Assembly (NCBI RefSeq): GCF_016433145.1
Contig: NC_058132.1
Location: forward strand, 251,306,911 to 251,370,910
Length of the DNA stretch: 64,000 nucleotides
Source: Gracilinanus agilis
Taxonomy: Eukaryota
Direction: 5' to 3'
Under the pieces are notes generated by a model. It saw only the letters and a program-made list of their open reading frames with translations. It searched no databases and had not been told where the DNA came from. Position 1 is the stretch's first letter, and every line of letters begins with the position of its first letter. The position numbers and the translations under genes were made by a program. Below, one piece after another: positions 1-11,620 of the stretch.

Positions 1-789
1 AGGCTAGAATTTACAGTGAGCCTCAATTTACCCATCTGTAAAATGAAGAGTTTGAAATAGTTTATCCCTGGAGTCTTGCAGTTCTAAATTCTTCTGTGCT
101 TAATACATTGATTCATATCAGTGTAAAAGCATGTTGAACTTCATGGAAGTTGACTGAACTAACTATACAGTTGGAATAAAGGCTAATTGGGGTCAGGTGT
201 ATTCATAAATAAATAATAATTCCATGCCCTATCCAAGTTAATTCTTCTTCAATAATCTACTCCCAGAAAGTTCTATATCCTGTCTTTCACATATGAAAAT
301 GATGTTCCTAATTCAGGGTTAATAATCTATCTAAGACTACAGAATTTGTCGACTATTTTTTCAGTAATAAATTGATTAACTTAGGTAAACTCTCATAATC
401 AAGCCTTCTTTGGAACAAATGACTGGCTAGCATCTTCCCCATGGCAAGGCAAAATTGAATCTATGTGGGGCCAAATCCTTTCCCTTACTGACATTAAAAA
501 ATACTTTAATATCTGACTTTACCAATCAAGACTGATTTCTAGGAAACAGCTTCTTTACCATGTTTGGACAGAATAGGGGAAGGGTGCTGAATCATAGCAT
601 CCTTAAATACAATAGCACCAGTTGGTCAGTTATCCTCAATTAGGTTAGAGGGTTTCACAGGTATAGTTTCTTGCCACCACAAGTGAGAGTTGGATGATAT
701 GAGCATATCTAGAATATCAGTAAACTTTCACACAGAGGTGTTAATTCTTCCTGAATATCTCACCCCATACATCCCAATAGGTTAATATC

Positions 790-792
<3 letters not shown>

Positions 793-848
<56 letters not shown>
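793..848. repeat. (CA)28 microsatellite
   Basis: Uninterrupted CA run, read directly. Confidence 0.97.
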
Positions 849-850
<2 letters not shown>

Positions 851-2104
851 GCTATTGAAACTATGTTGTAAAAGGGAAGAAACTCAGATCTTTCCCAACA
901 GCTCTAAGTATATTAAAACATGCATGAGGCAAAACTAGGCACTTATGTGTGGTCCCTCTATGTTCTTCCTGTGTAAAGCAACAGGCCAGGCATACCCCAC
1001 CCTAAGACTAATATGATCCTACAAAAATAATAAATCCACTTGATTTTGGAAGAATTAGGCTTTCATAGATAGATATGACAATTTAAAACAATCTGAAATC
1101 AAAATTCCTTTGACATTAATATATTCCACTCAACTACATCTATATAAAGATTTCTGACATCAATAAATTAAACCATTACTTCTCACCTACTTCTTTATTC
1201 ATCCATTGATTTGAAAATGCAAAAAAAAAAATCAAATGATGGGCTTAGGTTGCAAGCTTTTAGAAGGCTTGGACAACATCTGGGTTCTTTTCTTGATGAA
1301 GAATCCAACAAAGAGGCATTTATCAATATTTTAAAAATATTGTTCCTTCTATTGGAATTATTCTTATTTTATTTCAATTATTTCTTTTATTAATATTAGC
1401 ATTAGTATTAATATGGCCTTCTATTTTTTGAAATGAGATTTTATCCTTTTTGTAGATTTGTTGGGGAGTAGATATATTAAAGCTGGAAAAGGCCTTATAG
1501 TGCAATTCAATCAACCCCCACTTTCTTCAGATGGAAGATTTAGACTCAGACAAGTTAAATGAACTGTGCAAGGCCACACAGGTGACTGGCATTTATATAG
1601 CATTCTACAAAGTACTTCCATTATCTCAGGAAGTAGAAAAGCCAAGATTCAGCTCCCTCTTCTCTCCAACCCAACTCCAAATCTAATACTTGTTATGCTA
1701 TATTGAGTAACCTCTCTCTTACCCTTTACAAATTAAAAAAAAAAATCTTTGATCCCTTTCACATATTCAAAAATAATTTCTCCCTTCTCTTGACTATGGT
1801 ACCACTTGGTCTTCTTACTGCTTTATCACATTATACTTGATCCTATAATTTCTTATACATTATACATATGCAAATTAGATTTCATATCATTTAAGCTTCT
1901 TAAGTCAGGAACAGTGTTTTCTTCTTCATATGCCTTTTGGTGCCTATATACTCCTTGGGATATAACAGTAAATTATTACATATTTATTTAATGAATAAAT
2001 TTTATCATTATTATACATACCGATGGAATATGTCTGTGTCCTCTTAGGAAATAATTTTATATTTTATGTATTTTATATATATATATATATATAATATGAA
2101 ATAC

Positions 2105-2275
2105 ACTTACTTTCTGTCTTAGTATCAGTTCTAAGATAGAAAAGCCACAAAGGCAAAGCAATTGGAGATAAGTAACTTGCCCACGGTCACATAGCTAGAA
2201 AAGTTTGAGGGCAGATTTGAACTCAAGTACTCCCAATTCCAGACCTGGCTCTCTATCCACTACACTACCAAGCTT
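2105..2275 (-). mobile_element. Older marsupial tRNA/CORE SINE (SINE-1-related)
   Basis: Reverse complement of the CORE motif (gtaacttgcccacggtcacatagctag...gatttgaactc) plus the family tail cttactttctgtcttag. Boundaries approximate. Confidence 0.75.
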
Positions 2276-3049
2276 TCCCTGGGAATAACCTTAATTTCTT
2301 TCCATAACTGTGTCTCTATAAATTCAACTAAAACATAGTAAATTGGGCCAAATACTTCTTGCCTGACTTCAATGAAATCAACTTTAAAAGATTCCAATAC
2401 TGCCAGTTTCCCCTAAAATTCTACAGTGTAGGCCAGGAAGAAAAGGCCTAGCTGTGGAAAGCATAAAGGAACCAAAATTGGATTTTGGCTCTGAGTCTCT
2501 ACCTTTTTATAAGAAATCACGTTTGATCATTCCAAGCCTATTGAAACATGAACTCCTGATTAGGAAGATTTTCTTATTCCTTTGGGTCATTTCTGTGGTC
2601 TTTTTTTTAAGGGCTGCTTCTCAGATTTCCAGGTGATACACCCATTTAATGAGGATTATTCCTTTTTTTTTTTTTTTTGTAAGCACAAAGCCTTTCCAAA
2701 GTTCTCTTTGTTACACTTTTCATTCAGCTTGGAAAATATGACATCACTGGGTTTCTTAATTTTCTTAGGTTTGGAGCTTTTCAAGATCTCTGTGTAATGT
2801 GGAACTTTCTGATGAGAAAATGCCCTTTACTAATGCAAGTCAGCACTTTCTCTGAAACTTATAGTCTTAGGGATCTGCCTAGAGCACTGAGAGCATTAAA
2901 TGATATGCCGAGGGTGGCAAAACCAGTATATGTAAGGGATAGGATATGAACCCAGGTCTTCCTGGAACCAAGGTTGGCTTTCTATATTATGCTATTCTGC
3001 CTGGGAACAAGAAAGATGAGATAGATAATTTGATAAGGTTTTGTTTTTG

Positions 3050-3270
3050 TTGAGTCCTATCCAACTCTACCTGACTCCATCCAGGGTTTTCTTGGCAAAG
3101 ATACTTGAGGAGTTTGCCATTTCCTTCTCCAGCTTATTTTACAGAATAGGAAACAGAGACAAAAAGGGTTAAATAACTTTCCCTGGGTCACACAAAGTAA
3201 GCGTCTAAGATCAGATTTGAATACAGGTTCAAATCTTCAGGTCTAGTGCTCTGTCCACTGGCCACCTAAC
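3050..3270 (-). mobile_element. MAR1-type SINE (CORE body with RTE/BovB-like tail)
   Basis: ggttttcttggcaaagatac...tttgccatttccttctccagc (RTE-like tail, reverse) joined to a CORE segment. Confidence 0.75.
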
Positions 3271-4211
3271 CACCCATAAGGTTCTGGGTTTAATTCAATT
3301 TTCTTCAATTCCTTTTGTTGTGTTAATATTTCCCTGCTTGCCCTATCTTTATTACCTTCATGTTGCAACTCCACAAAGATTTTTGGAACATCCTGTATTC
3401 TGTGTATTACTTAAATGTATAGGAGTAAACACCCTTAAGGGCAGAGACATTTTAATTGTCTTTATATCCTCAGAGTTGAACATAGAGCCTAGAGCTGTCA
3501 GTGCTTAATACATGTTTATTGACTGAATTACCTTTAGACCTCTCTTCAGATCCAAATATTCTGTCTATCACAATTCAATAGACTGATACTCTCTCTCCTC
3601 ATTTTAACATATTCAGTAATGCAGTTGTGGACAAGTCAAATCCCATTTCCAGTAACATAGCAATAATAAATAGTAAAAGCCTAATTATAACACAGTTCAC
3701 AATCTCTATGTTAATTTTTTTTCCCCCTCCAACATCAGTTTTAGAAAAGAATTCTGTAGTATTTCAGGCTTTGTCTTTGTAAGAACTTACTGCTTCCAAT
3801 TAAGATTACATACTTGGTATCCTTTTCATTTTTCTTTTCAGTTCACATTTCTTTATTTTTGCATTAACTTTTAGATATATTGTGATTTGTAAAACTTTTA
3901 ACTAGGTCTGTCTGAGAAATTAAAGATCTAATTCTTCTAAAGAATGTCATAATTCTTCCAAGATCTTACTGCTCTGAGTTGTTATAGTAATGTCTTATGT
4001 GGTTGGGGCCTAAATTCACCTTCATAACCTCCTCCAGAAAATGGACAGGTCCTTTTTGGATATAATAGGCATGAAATAATTTGTTTGAAATGGAATTGAA
4101 TACTCATTTATAGGATAAATTCAAATCATAGGAAGATTCCTTTCTATGTGGTAAAGTTAGCTTGGTATACTCTATTACTCACTCAATTTTCTCCCTTTTT
4201 TTCCAGAAGGG

Positions 4212-4213
<2 letters not shown>

Positions 4214-4295
<82 letters not shown>
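4214..4295. repeat. Compound (GT)n(GA)n microsatellite
   Basis: GT run 4214-4260 followed directly by AG run 4261-4295. Confidence 0.97.
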
Positions 4296-4298
<3 letters not shown>

Positions 4299-7200
4299 TA
4301 GAGAGAACTATACCTCTTCTTATATTTGCTGAAATATTTTACCTTCAGCCAACATAGCAAGAGACTCCCAATAATTATAACACCAGTCAACCAAATTATT
4401 TATTTCTTGTAATCTCCCTCTCCCTAATTTTGAGAAGGAAATAATGATTTCCAAACCTCTATTCTAATCTCCCTCCTAAGAGTCTCCTGAAAGTAGAGAG
4501 GTGTTGCTCTCAAGGACAAATGGTTGGACCAACTAGGTTGCTCAGTGAATAGAGAGGAGGTTCTGGGTTCAAATCAGCTATGTGATCCAGAGCAAGTTAC
4601 TTAACCATAATTGTCTAGCCCTTGTGGCTCTTCTATCTTGGAAATGATATTAAGATAGAAGGTAAGGTTTTTTTTGTTTTTTTTTAAAGATGGTTAAATT
4701 TTCAATGAGCATTTACACATAGAAAGTCAGCAAATGCTACAAATCAGGACTTAATTTTTAGTTTTGTAGATTTTCTAGACTTAAGACAGTGATTGAAAAA
4801 ATGTTAAAAATGAAGATTAAATTTAGAAGTATATCATGATTACACCCCACCTCCCACTCCCCAGAGTCAGTTCTTAAAACATTTACCAGCATACCACTGC
4901 CTGGAAGCTTACTTTGGTGCCAGGAACAGCTCTACTCTAAAGGCTTGGTCAGAACAGTTGGAAAAGCTTTTCTTTTTACTTTTAGTCAATAGGATGAGTG
5001 TTTAAAGTGATCTTAACTTCTCTGGCTCAGACTTCAGATGATATTCCAAGAATGAAATTATGCCTCTGTGGCTTTGGATAGAGAGTAATTTATCAGCATA
5101 ATTTTCTCTTTTCAGTTTCACAAATAATGCCTATGAATTATACTAGGAAATGGGGTATGGAATGGTCACTGGTACTCACTCTTGTGATATTTCCCTTATT
5201 GTCACATGCCAGAGAAAGCCCCTAAAAAGATAGATAGTGCATTAATAGCATTCTCCACTACCTATCACTGCTGGAAGGGAGATTGCTAGTGCTATAAGTA
5301 CTAAAAAGCCCTCATATGGGCTTGACCTGAGGACTTTTCTTTTTCAAGGGAATGAACTAGATATATTTCTCTCCCTTTGCAATGAAAAGTTGTACGTCCA
5401 AGAACATCCAGTGTTAGTGGGGTGGGAGGAAGCCTTATGGATGAATAAAGATTATTTGCTGTCCCCTGCCCCAATTTTTAAAAAATCTTTCTACATGAAC
5501 TTAATGTCTGATCAAAGCACAATTTTAGATCCCAGGCCACTAAACAATAACTTCAGAAAGGACCTTCTTGTCCCCAGTTAACTACAAAACAAATTTATTT
5601 TTTCTATATCTGGGAGCTCTTTCATTGCCCCTACCACACCCCAGTTTGGAATGTTTAAGTAAGATTTATGTTGTGGACTATGGCTTCTAAGCATATTATT
5701 TCTCAGTACTTTCTTCTTCTCTCCATAACTTTACATTATATGTCTCCAGTCACCAGTTTCTATACTTTTCTTTAAAATGCTAACCTTTCATCCTGGAATC
5801 AATATTTTGTATTGGTTCTAAGACAGAAGAGTGGTAAGGGCTAGGCAACGGAGTTAAGCAACTTGCCCACAACTAGGAAGTATCCAAGGTCAGATTTGAA
5901 CCTCCTGTCTCTAGGCCCAGCTCTCTCTTCTTACACATTTTATAAAAATATCTTTAGCCAGCATCCTTTCACCACTTGGACCATTTTTTACTAGGTCTGT
6001 CTGAGACATTAAAAATCTAAACCTTCTAAAGAATTTCATTTTCTATGTTCTTGATATTCTGCGTTGTTTGATAGTAATATCCTATTCCTATTCCTCAGCC
6101 TTATGCTTCTTACATCCAAACAGAAACAGTCCCAGATGAGACCACCACAGGACAACCGGATTCAACACCAGAAAGAGATTGTTTTATCACCCAAAGGAAA
6201 AAGTTTTATTGCATAATATTTCTCTGACTTCTACAGGACCAGTAGCTAGAACAAACCTTATTCTTCCCCAAACAATACGAAGCCAATCAAACAGAAATGT
6301 ACTTGCCCAAAGCAATTACTTTACTTTGAACTTGACCTCTCTGGGCTTCAGTTTCCTTTTCTATAAAATGAGGGGGTTAGATCAGATGACCTCTAAGATC
6401 CCTTCCAGTTCTAAAACTATGATCTTATGATGCTGTTATCTCCCAGGAACTGCTGTGGGAACTGTCAGACAGTACTGTACGTCGGTCTGCGTTCAATCAT
6501 TGCCCAAAAGGAAATTATGAAAGACGGCAACAACTCAGCCCTTGACTACATACAACATAGACAAAGTAAGGATTAAACCTTCCAATTACACATGGAGTCA
6601 AGCCTGACAGACTTGGCAGTTCTCTCAGAAGTTTTAATGGAGCTCAAATGATTTTTTTTAAAGGAGCTCAGAACTAAATCAAATGAGCTGATTTATCACG
6701 TTACGGGATAACCTCATATATTGTTCTGACAATGTGTCACTGATGTAAAAGCTTTTTCAAGACCTGGACCCCGCCCCCGACTTTACCAGACACCTCCCCC
6801 ACCTCTTTCTGCCTCTCTTTCCCAGTCAGCATCTTTCTCCCGACAGTGAAAGTTAGGGGCGCCAGAAGATGGTAAGTCAAAGGAAGTGGAGAAAATCAAC
6901 CAAAGGCAGGGGCGAGGCTAGATCAAGAGCAACCCTCAAGCACTTTGGGGTGCTCCTAGGTAAGGGGAGAAACGCCAAACGCAGAAGCATTGCACCTCTA
7001 TCCCTCACCCTACCCCACCCTCCAGCTTCGATCTCTGATCTATGTCTGAAGATCTCTTTTGCTTCAAACAGTTTAAGTTCAACCCAAGATACTCAGTCTC
7101 AGTCCCAGGCAGCTCCCTCTCCCCCCCTCCCCTCCTCGCCACCCGTTCTGGCTCAGTCTCCTAACTGTTCTCGGTCCCAAGACAAACTCCTAAACACACT

Positions 7201-7515
7201 CGCCTCTCTCCTCTGGAGCCCCTCCCCAAACCCTCCAGTGCTGCTTCCCAAGTGTTTTCTCCTCTCCTTTTCCAAAGCAACAGCTAGTTTTTCCCAGGAC
7301 TGCAGTGGGTGTTGTGCAAACTTTTGCTCGCAGTATCCCTTGTGCCAATATCCCTCTCAAGCACCCCTCCGCGTTCTCGCTCTGGCCATAACCTCATGAA
7401 ACCCAGCATGGAGCTTCCCAGCGCCGTCCCCGCCTCGCCTAAGTCCCCGCACGTTCTCTCCAGGACCGTGTCCTTCCTCACCCCCAACCCTGCACCCCCG
7501 CGTAACTTCCAGTAC

Positions 7516-7711
7516 CGAGGCCCTGGATGAAGACGAAGCCGGTGATAGTCAGCACCGGATGCCAGTTAAACTCCTGGGAGCCCCCGTCCCAGCCGAGCCC
7601 CTCCCGATAATGAAGGACCCAGACGAGGGTGAAGAGCACAGCCAGGAAGCCGACGAGCAGCGCGGACACTAGCAGACCCAAGAAGCCCAGGTATCCCTCC
7701 ATGGCCTTCAT
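7516..7711 (-). CDS. CYBRD1: Cytochrome b reductase 1 (Dcytb), coding exon 1
   Basis: Translates [65 protein letters not shown]. This matches recalled human [21 protein letters not shown]...FNWHPVL, including the heme-ligand His. It is 65 codons + 1 nt with a phase-1 GT donor, as in human. A second in-frame ATG lies at 7702. Confidence 0.97.
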
Positions 7712-7821
7712 CGCTCCATGCCCCGCGCACCCGCCTGTGCCAGTCACGGGAACCCGGGCACCGGGCAGGACAGAGAAGTCGTAGAGTGGAAGAAGAGGCC
7801 TCAGAGGCTGGTCACTAGACT

Positions 7822-7838
7822 GGGTGGCGGGGCGGGGG
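7822..7838 (+). promoter_or_regulatory. CACCC/GC box (Sp/KLF) upstream of CYBRD1
   Basis: GGGTGG followed by GGGGCGGGG (7829-7837), ~120 bp upstream of the start codon. Motif match only. Confidence 0.6.
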
Positions 7839-9043
7839 CAGCTTCTTCTTCTTCTTGGGGTTGTCCCCGCCCGGGGGAGGGGCCCAGCAGCAGCTCTTCT
7901 TCCTAGCCCTGGGATGTCCTGCCTCTTTGGGGGAAAGATGGAAGGTGATGTGGGCAGAGAAGAAAAGGAACTGGGCGCCTGGCCCTTAAAGAGAATTTCC
8001 TCCAAGGGAAAGGAGAGCCACAAACTCGCGGGCCTTTCTGCTCCTCAGGGCTCCTGTTTCTTCAGAACCTTTGCACTCTTCTCCATCACCTTAGAGATTG
8101 TCCTAGTGTTTGATTTCCTTATATTTTTCTAATTTTAGTGTATTCCTCAGAGCAGAAGCTCTCAGGGTTTAGGTCTGAATATTTTTAAATTTTCCATTTT
8201 TTTGCCCTAGTTCCTTTTTTCCTCTCACTGAAAGTGGGGCAATATGGGGATAGACTGGGTGGAAAGAGAGATAGGGAAGAAGGACAGCTGGGACAGCTGG
8301 ATAGTGCAGTAGAAGTCAAGCTAGATTTGAATTCAGAGTTTGAATCCTCATTTCATTTACTATCAGTTTGACTTTGGACAAGTCGTTTAACCTCTTTGGG
8401 CCTCAGTTTCCTCATCTGAAAAATGATAGGATTTGACTAGATGACCCTTTCAAGCTCAAAGATCAAATTGCATGTTTGATGTGGTTGTGTTATATAAAAG
8501 TTTTTTTTTTTTAAATGGGCCCCTGGCCTTTCAAATCTGGACCAGTCCAAATGGATAACTTGGGATCTAGCCCCAAGCATCAGCAACCAAAGACTAGGAA
8601 TTTCAGTGCCCTGGATGAGAGCCTGTCATGTCAGGACTTTAGCTCAAAACCAAGTATGTGGATTCCAGGCACTTGTTTAGTGAGGTTAAGATCAATGTCT
8701 AGCTCCCCTAACTTAATAATGGGTTAGGGCTAGCTCTAAGGCTTCCTTTGTAGGAAATAGAGAGATTCCCCCCCCAAAAGATCAATATCTTCAAATTTTC
8801 TATTCCAATAATGAGTTATGGGGAGGTACAATTGTCCCTATCTACTAATATGGAAGTTTTAGCTATTACCATTATTTGTGTATCCAAAGTAAACCACAAG
8901 TGTCAGCATTTTGTCCATGACTTCCTATTAAAATGTGCTTATCTTCCTTAGGAGAGGAAAAAATAGTACCCACTCTGAGTGGCATAAATGGAATATGCAG
9001 ACTTTTCCGAACAGTCTCTTATTTTAGCACATTCCCATAGATG

Positions 9044-9281
9044 AGGCAGTTAAGTGGTACAGTGGATAGAATGCTGGGCCAAGACTTAGGAAGTCTTAAA
9101 TTCAAATCTGGCCTCAGACACTTATTAACTATATATGATCCTGGGCAAGGTACTTATCCATTTGCCTCAGTTTTCTTATCTGTCAAATGAGCCGGAGAAG
9201 GAAATGGTAAACCACTCCAGCCTCTTTGCCAAAAAAACCCTAAATGGTTTAAAAGTCACAAATGACTCAACAACAGCAACA
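9044..9281 (+). mobile_element. MAR1-type SINE
   Basis: tRNA-like head (ggcagttaagtggtacagtggatag...ttcaaatctggcctcagac), CORE, RTE-like tail (ggagaaggaaatggtaaaccactccag) and (caa)n end. Confidence 0.8.
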
Positions 9282-11404
9282 GAGATGGCAATTGTAGGAT
9301 TTTGAGCTAGAAGGAATTTAAAATCGGTGAAGCAACTTTCCTAATGACTTATAAACAGTAAGGACAAAGCTAGAATTCCAACCTAGAATTTCTTTCCATT
9401 CTGCCTCCCAAATTAACTACAAGTATTCCTTCCACATCATGTCTTTTCCCATTGCAGTTTCAATATATCTTGGGTCCACATAAGAAAGTAAATGGGAATT
9501 TCTGGGGAGTCTTGTAGAAATAGAGTTATAGAATGGACACCTGTATGTGCCGCCTTGGACATTTCCTCTGCTGGAAAACAAGCTCCTTAAGGTAAAGAAT
9601 TATTCTGATTGCTTATATTTGTATGCCCATTGCTTAGCACAGTGCCTAAGGAATATAAGTCTTTATTAAATGCATTAAAATTTTTTATTTTATTTTTCAC
9701 TTATTCATTTCATTTATTCATTCTAGGGAAAGGAATCATGGCAGGGGCAGACTATAGGTAGTTGGCTAGCACCTTGCCCAGTGAGAAAGGCAAGATCCTA
9801 TCACTACAAGGTCTGTATCCCAAAGAGAAAAAAGAAAGAACTGTAAGTTCTCAAAAAAAAAAAAAAAAAAAAAAAAGAATGCTAAAAGTTGTTTTTACAT
9901 GTAATTGGGGAAAAGTAAATTTTTTTTTAAAGAGAAAGAAGAAATCCCAGTAGTGGGTGGAGGGGTAGTGAGGGAAGAGGAGGGGGAAGAAAGAGAAAAT
10001 GAAAAAGGAATCTTGGACCTCAGAGTTAAGAGAGATCTCAAAGGCTAAGTAGCCCAAGGAAGAATCATCAATTTCAAGCTACAAGAGATCCTTTAGCCTA
10101 ATCCTTTCATTTTATAGGTAAGGAAAGAGGCTTAGGGAGATCAAGTGACTTGCCCAAGACTGCACAATGGAAAGAACACTAGATTTGTCTGGATTCAAAT
10201 CCTGCTCCAGAAGTTTAGTATTTCTACAATTCTAAAATTAAGGGGCTAGACTAGATGACTTCTGAGATCCCTTCCAACTCAGGAGCTATGTATGATCCTA
10301 TGAGCTCAAGACCTATGGCTATAAAATAAGTACCTCTACTCTCCCATCTATCTTCTGAAAAATTTCTACCTATTTCACAGTTGCCTAAATCTGGACTTGA
10401 AAGCTGTAAAGGGACTTTGAGACTAGGTCAAAGGTGTTAAAGTAAGCCCTCTTTTTTGGTACTGATATCTTCCTTTCATTTTTATGCCTCTGCCTCTTTC
10501 CATATTAATAATAATACCCTTTAGGTTTATAAAGTACATTGTACCCCAAACCTATGAAGAAAGCGACACAAGTATAATGCAAGAATTTGAATCACTATTT
10601 TGTGTGGAACAACTGAGGCCCAAAGACATTAAGTTACTTGCACATCGCTAGTAAAGTGCCTAATGTCAGTCTGGACTGGAATGTTGTTCTTCTGATAACA
10701 AGATCAGTGCTTTTATTACTATACCATTTACCTTTTCTACATGGTATTAACCTGCATTAGAGAGGATTACCAAAGCAGCAACAACAAAGGTTCTTTAATG
10801 GAGGCAAGGAGATTGCAATCCAGGTAGCCACAGGGTACAAGAATGCTTCCTGGGGGTCAGATTTAAATACATTTCACCAAAGAGAGATATCATGGAAGGC
10901 AGAGCCTGAAAAAGCTGTAACATAAGTTAATTTGCATAATAACTGAAAATCCATAAAGAAAGCTAATGAAGTTAAACAACAAGGAAGGTTGCTCAAAAGG
11001 GTTAAGATTGTTTTTGTTTTTGTTTTTAAACCCTTACCTTCTGTCTAAGAATTGATATTAAATATTGGTTCTAAGGCAAAAGAGAAGTAAGGGCTAGGCA
11101 ATTGGGGTTAAGCGACTTGTCCAGGGTCACAGAACTAAGAAATGCCTGAGGCCAGAGTTTAACCTAAGACCTCTTGTCTCCATGCCTGACTCTCTATCCA
11201 CTGAGCAACCTAGATACCAGTTTGGATTTACATTGTTTTACAAAATAGTCAGAGGCTGGGAAGGCTGGGAAATGGTAATATCTGGTCAGAATAGCCAGAT
11301 CTAGGCACAACCAGTATGTTTTTTTTTTAATTTGTTTGTACCAGCTCAACAAGTTAGCTCTGGGATTTGGGCAAGGTCATATCATAGTCTTGTGCATTTA
11401 ATAA

Positions 11405-11620
11405 GAGCTAAGTGGTATAGTGGGTAGAATGCAGACCTAAAATCAAGAAGACTCATCTTCCTGAATTCAAATCTGGCCTCAGACACTTGCTGGCTGGGTG
11501 ACCCTGGGCAAGTTACTATAAAATGAGCTAGAGAAGGAAATAGCAAATCACTCCAATATCTTTATGAAGAAAATCCTAACTAGGGTCATGACGAGTCAGA
11601 CACAAGTGAAAAATGAATGA
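11405..11620 (+). mobile_element. MAR1-type SINE
   Basis: Same head/CORE/gagaaggaaatagcaaatcactcc tail architecture. Confidence 0.75.

Larger units (their letters stand above)
1..7515 (-). other. CYBRD1: CYBRD1 intron 1 (partial; exon 2 lies left of the window)
   Basis: Follows the exon-1 donor CTCG|gtactg at 7515. No sequence encoding the expected exon-2 peptide (AIIVYRLPWTWKCSK...) was seen in 1-7515. Confidence 0.85.
7365..8031. promoter_or_regulatory. CYBRD1: CpG-rich island / CYBRD1 promoter, 5'UTR and exon 1
   Basis: Sharp rise in GC and CpG density against a CpG-depleted background, centred on the first coding exon. Confidence 0.85.

Noticed and set aside
6869-7399. 176-aa plus-strand ORF and overlapping short ORFs
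   Set aside because: Ser/Pro/Leu-rich translation of pyrimidine-rich, GC-elevated intron; no recognisable domain or splice support.
7712-7800. Iron-responsive element in the CYBRD1 5'UTR
   Set aside because: No CAGUGN loop on a stem with an unpaired C on the minus strand.
7478-8023. 181-aa ORF as an N-terminally extended CYBRD1
   Set aside because: Only 7711-7516 resembles Dcytb. The upstream part has no in-frame ATG and is low-complexity GC-rich translation; the tail is intron read-through.
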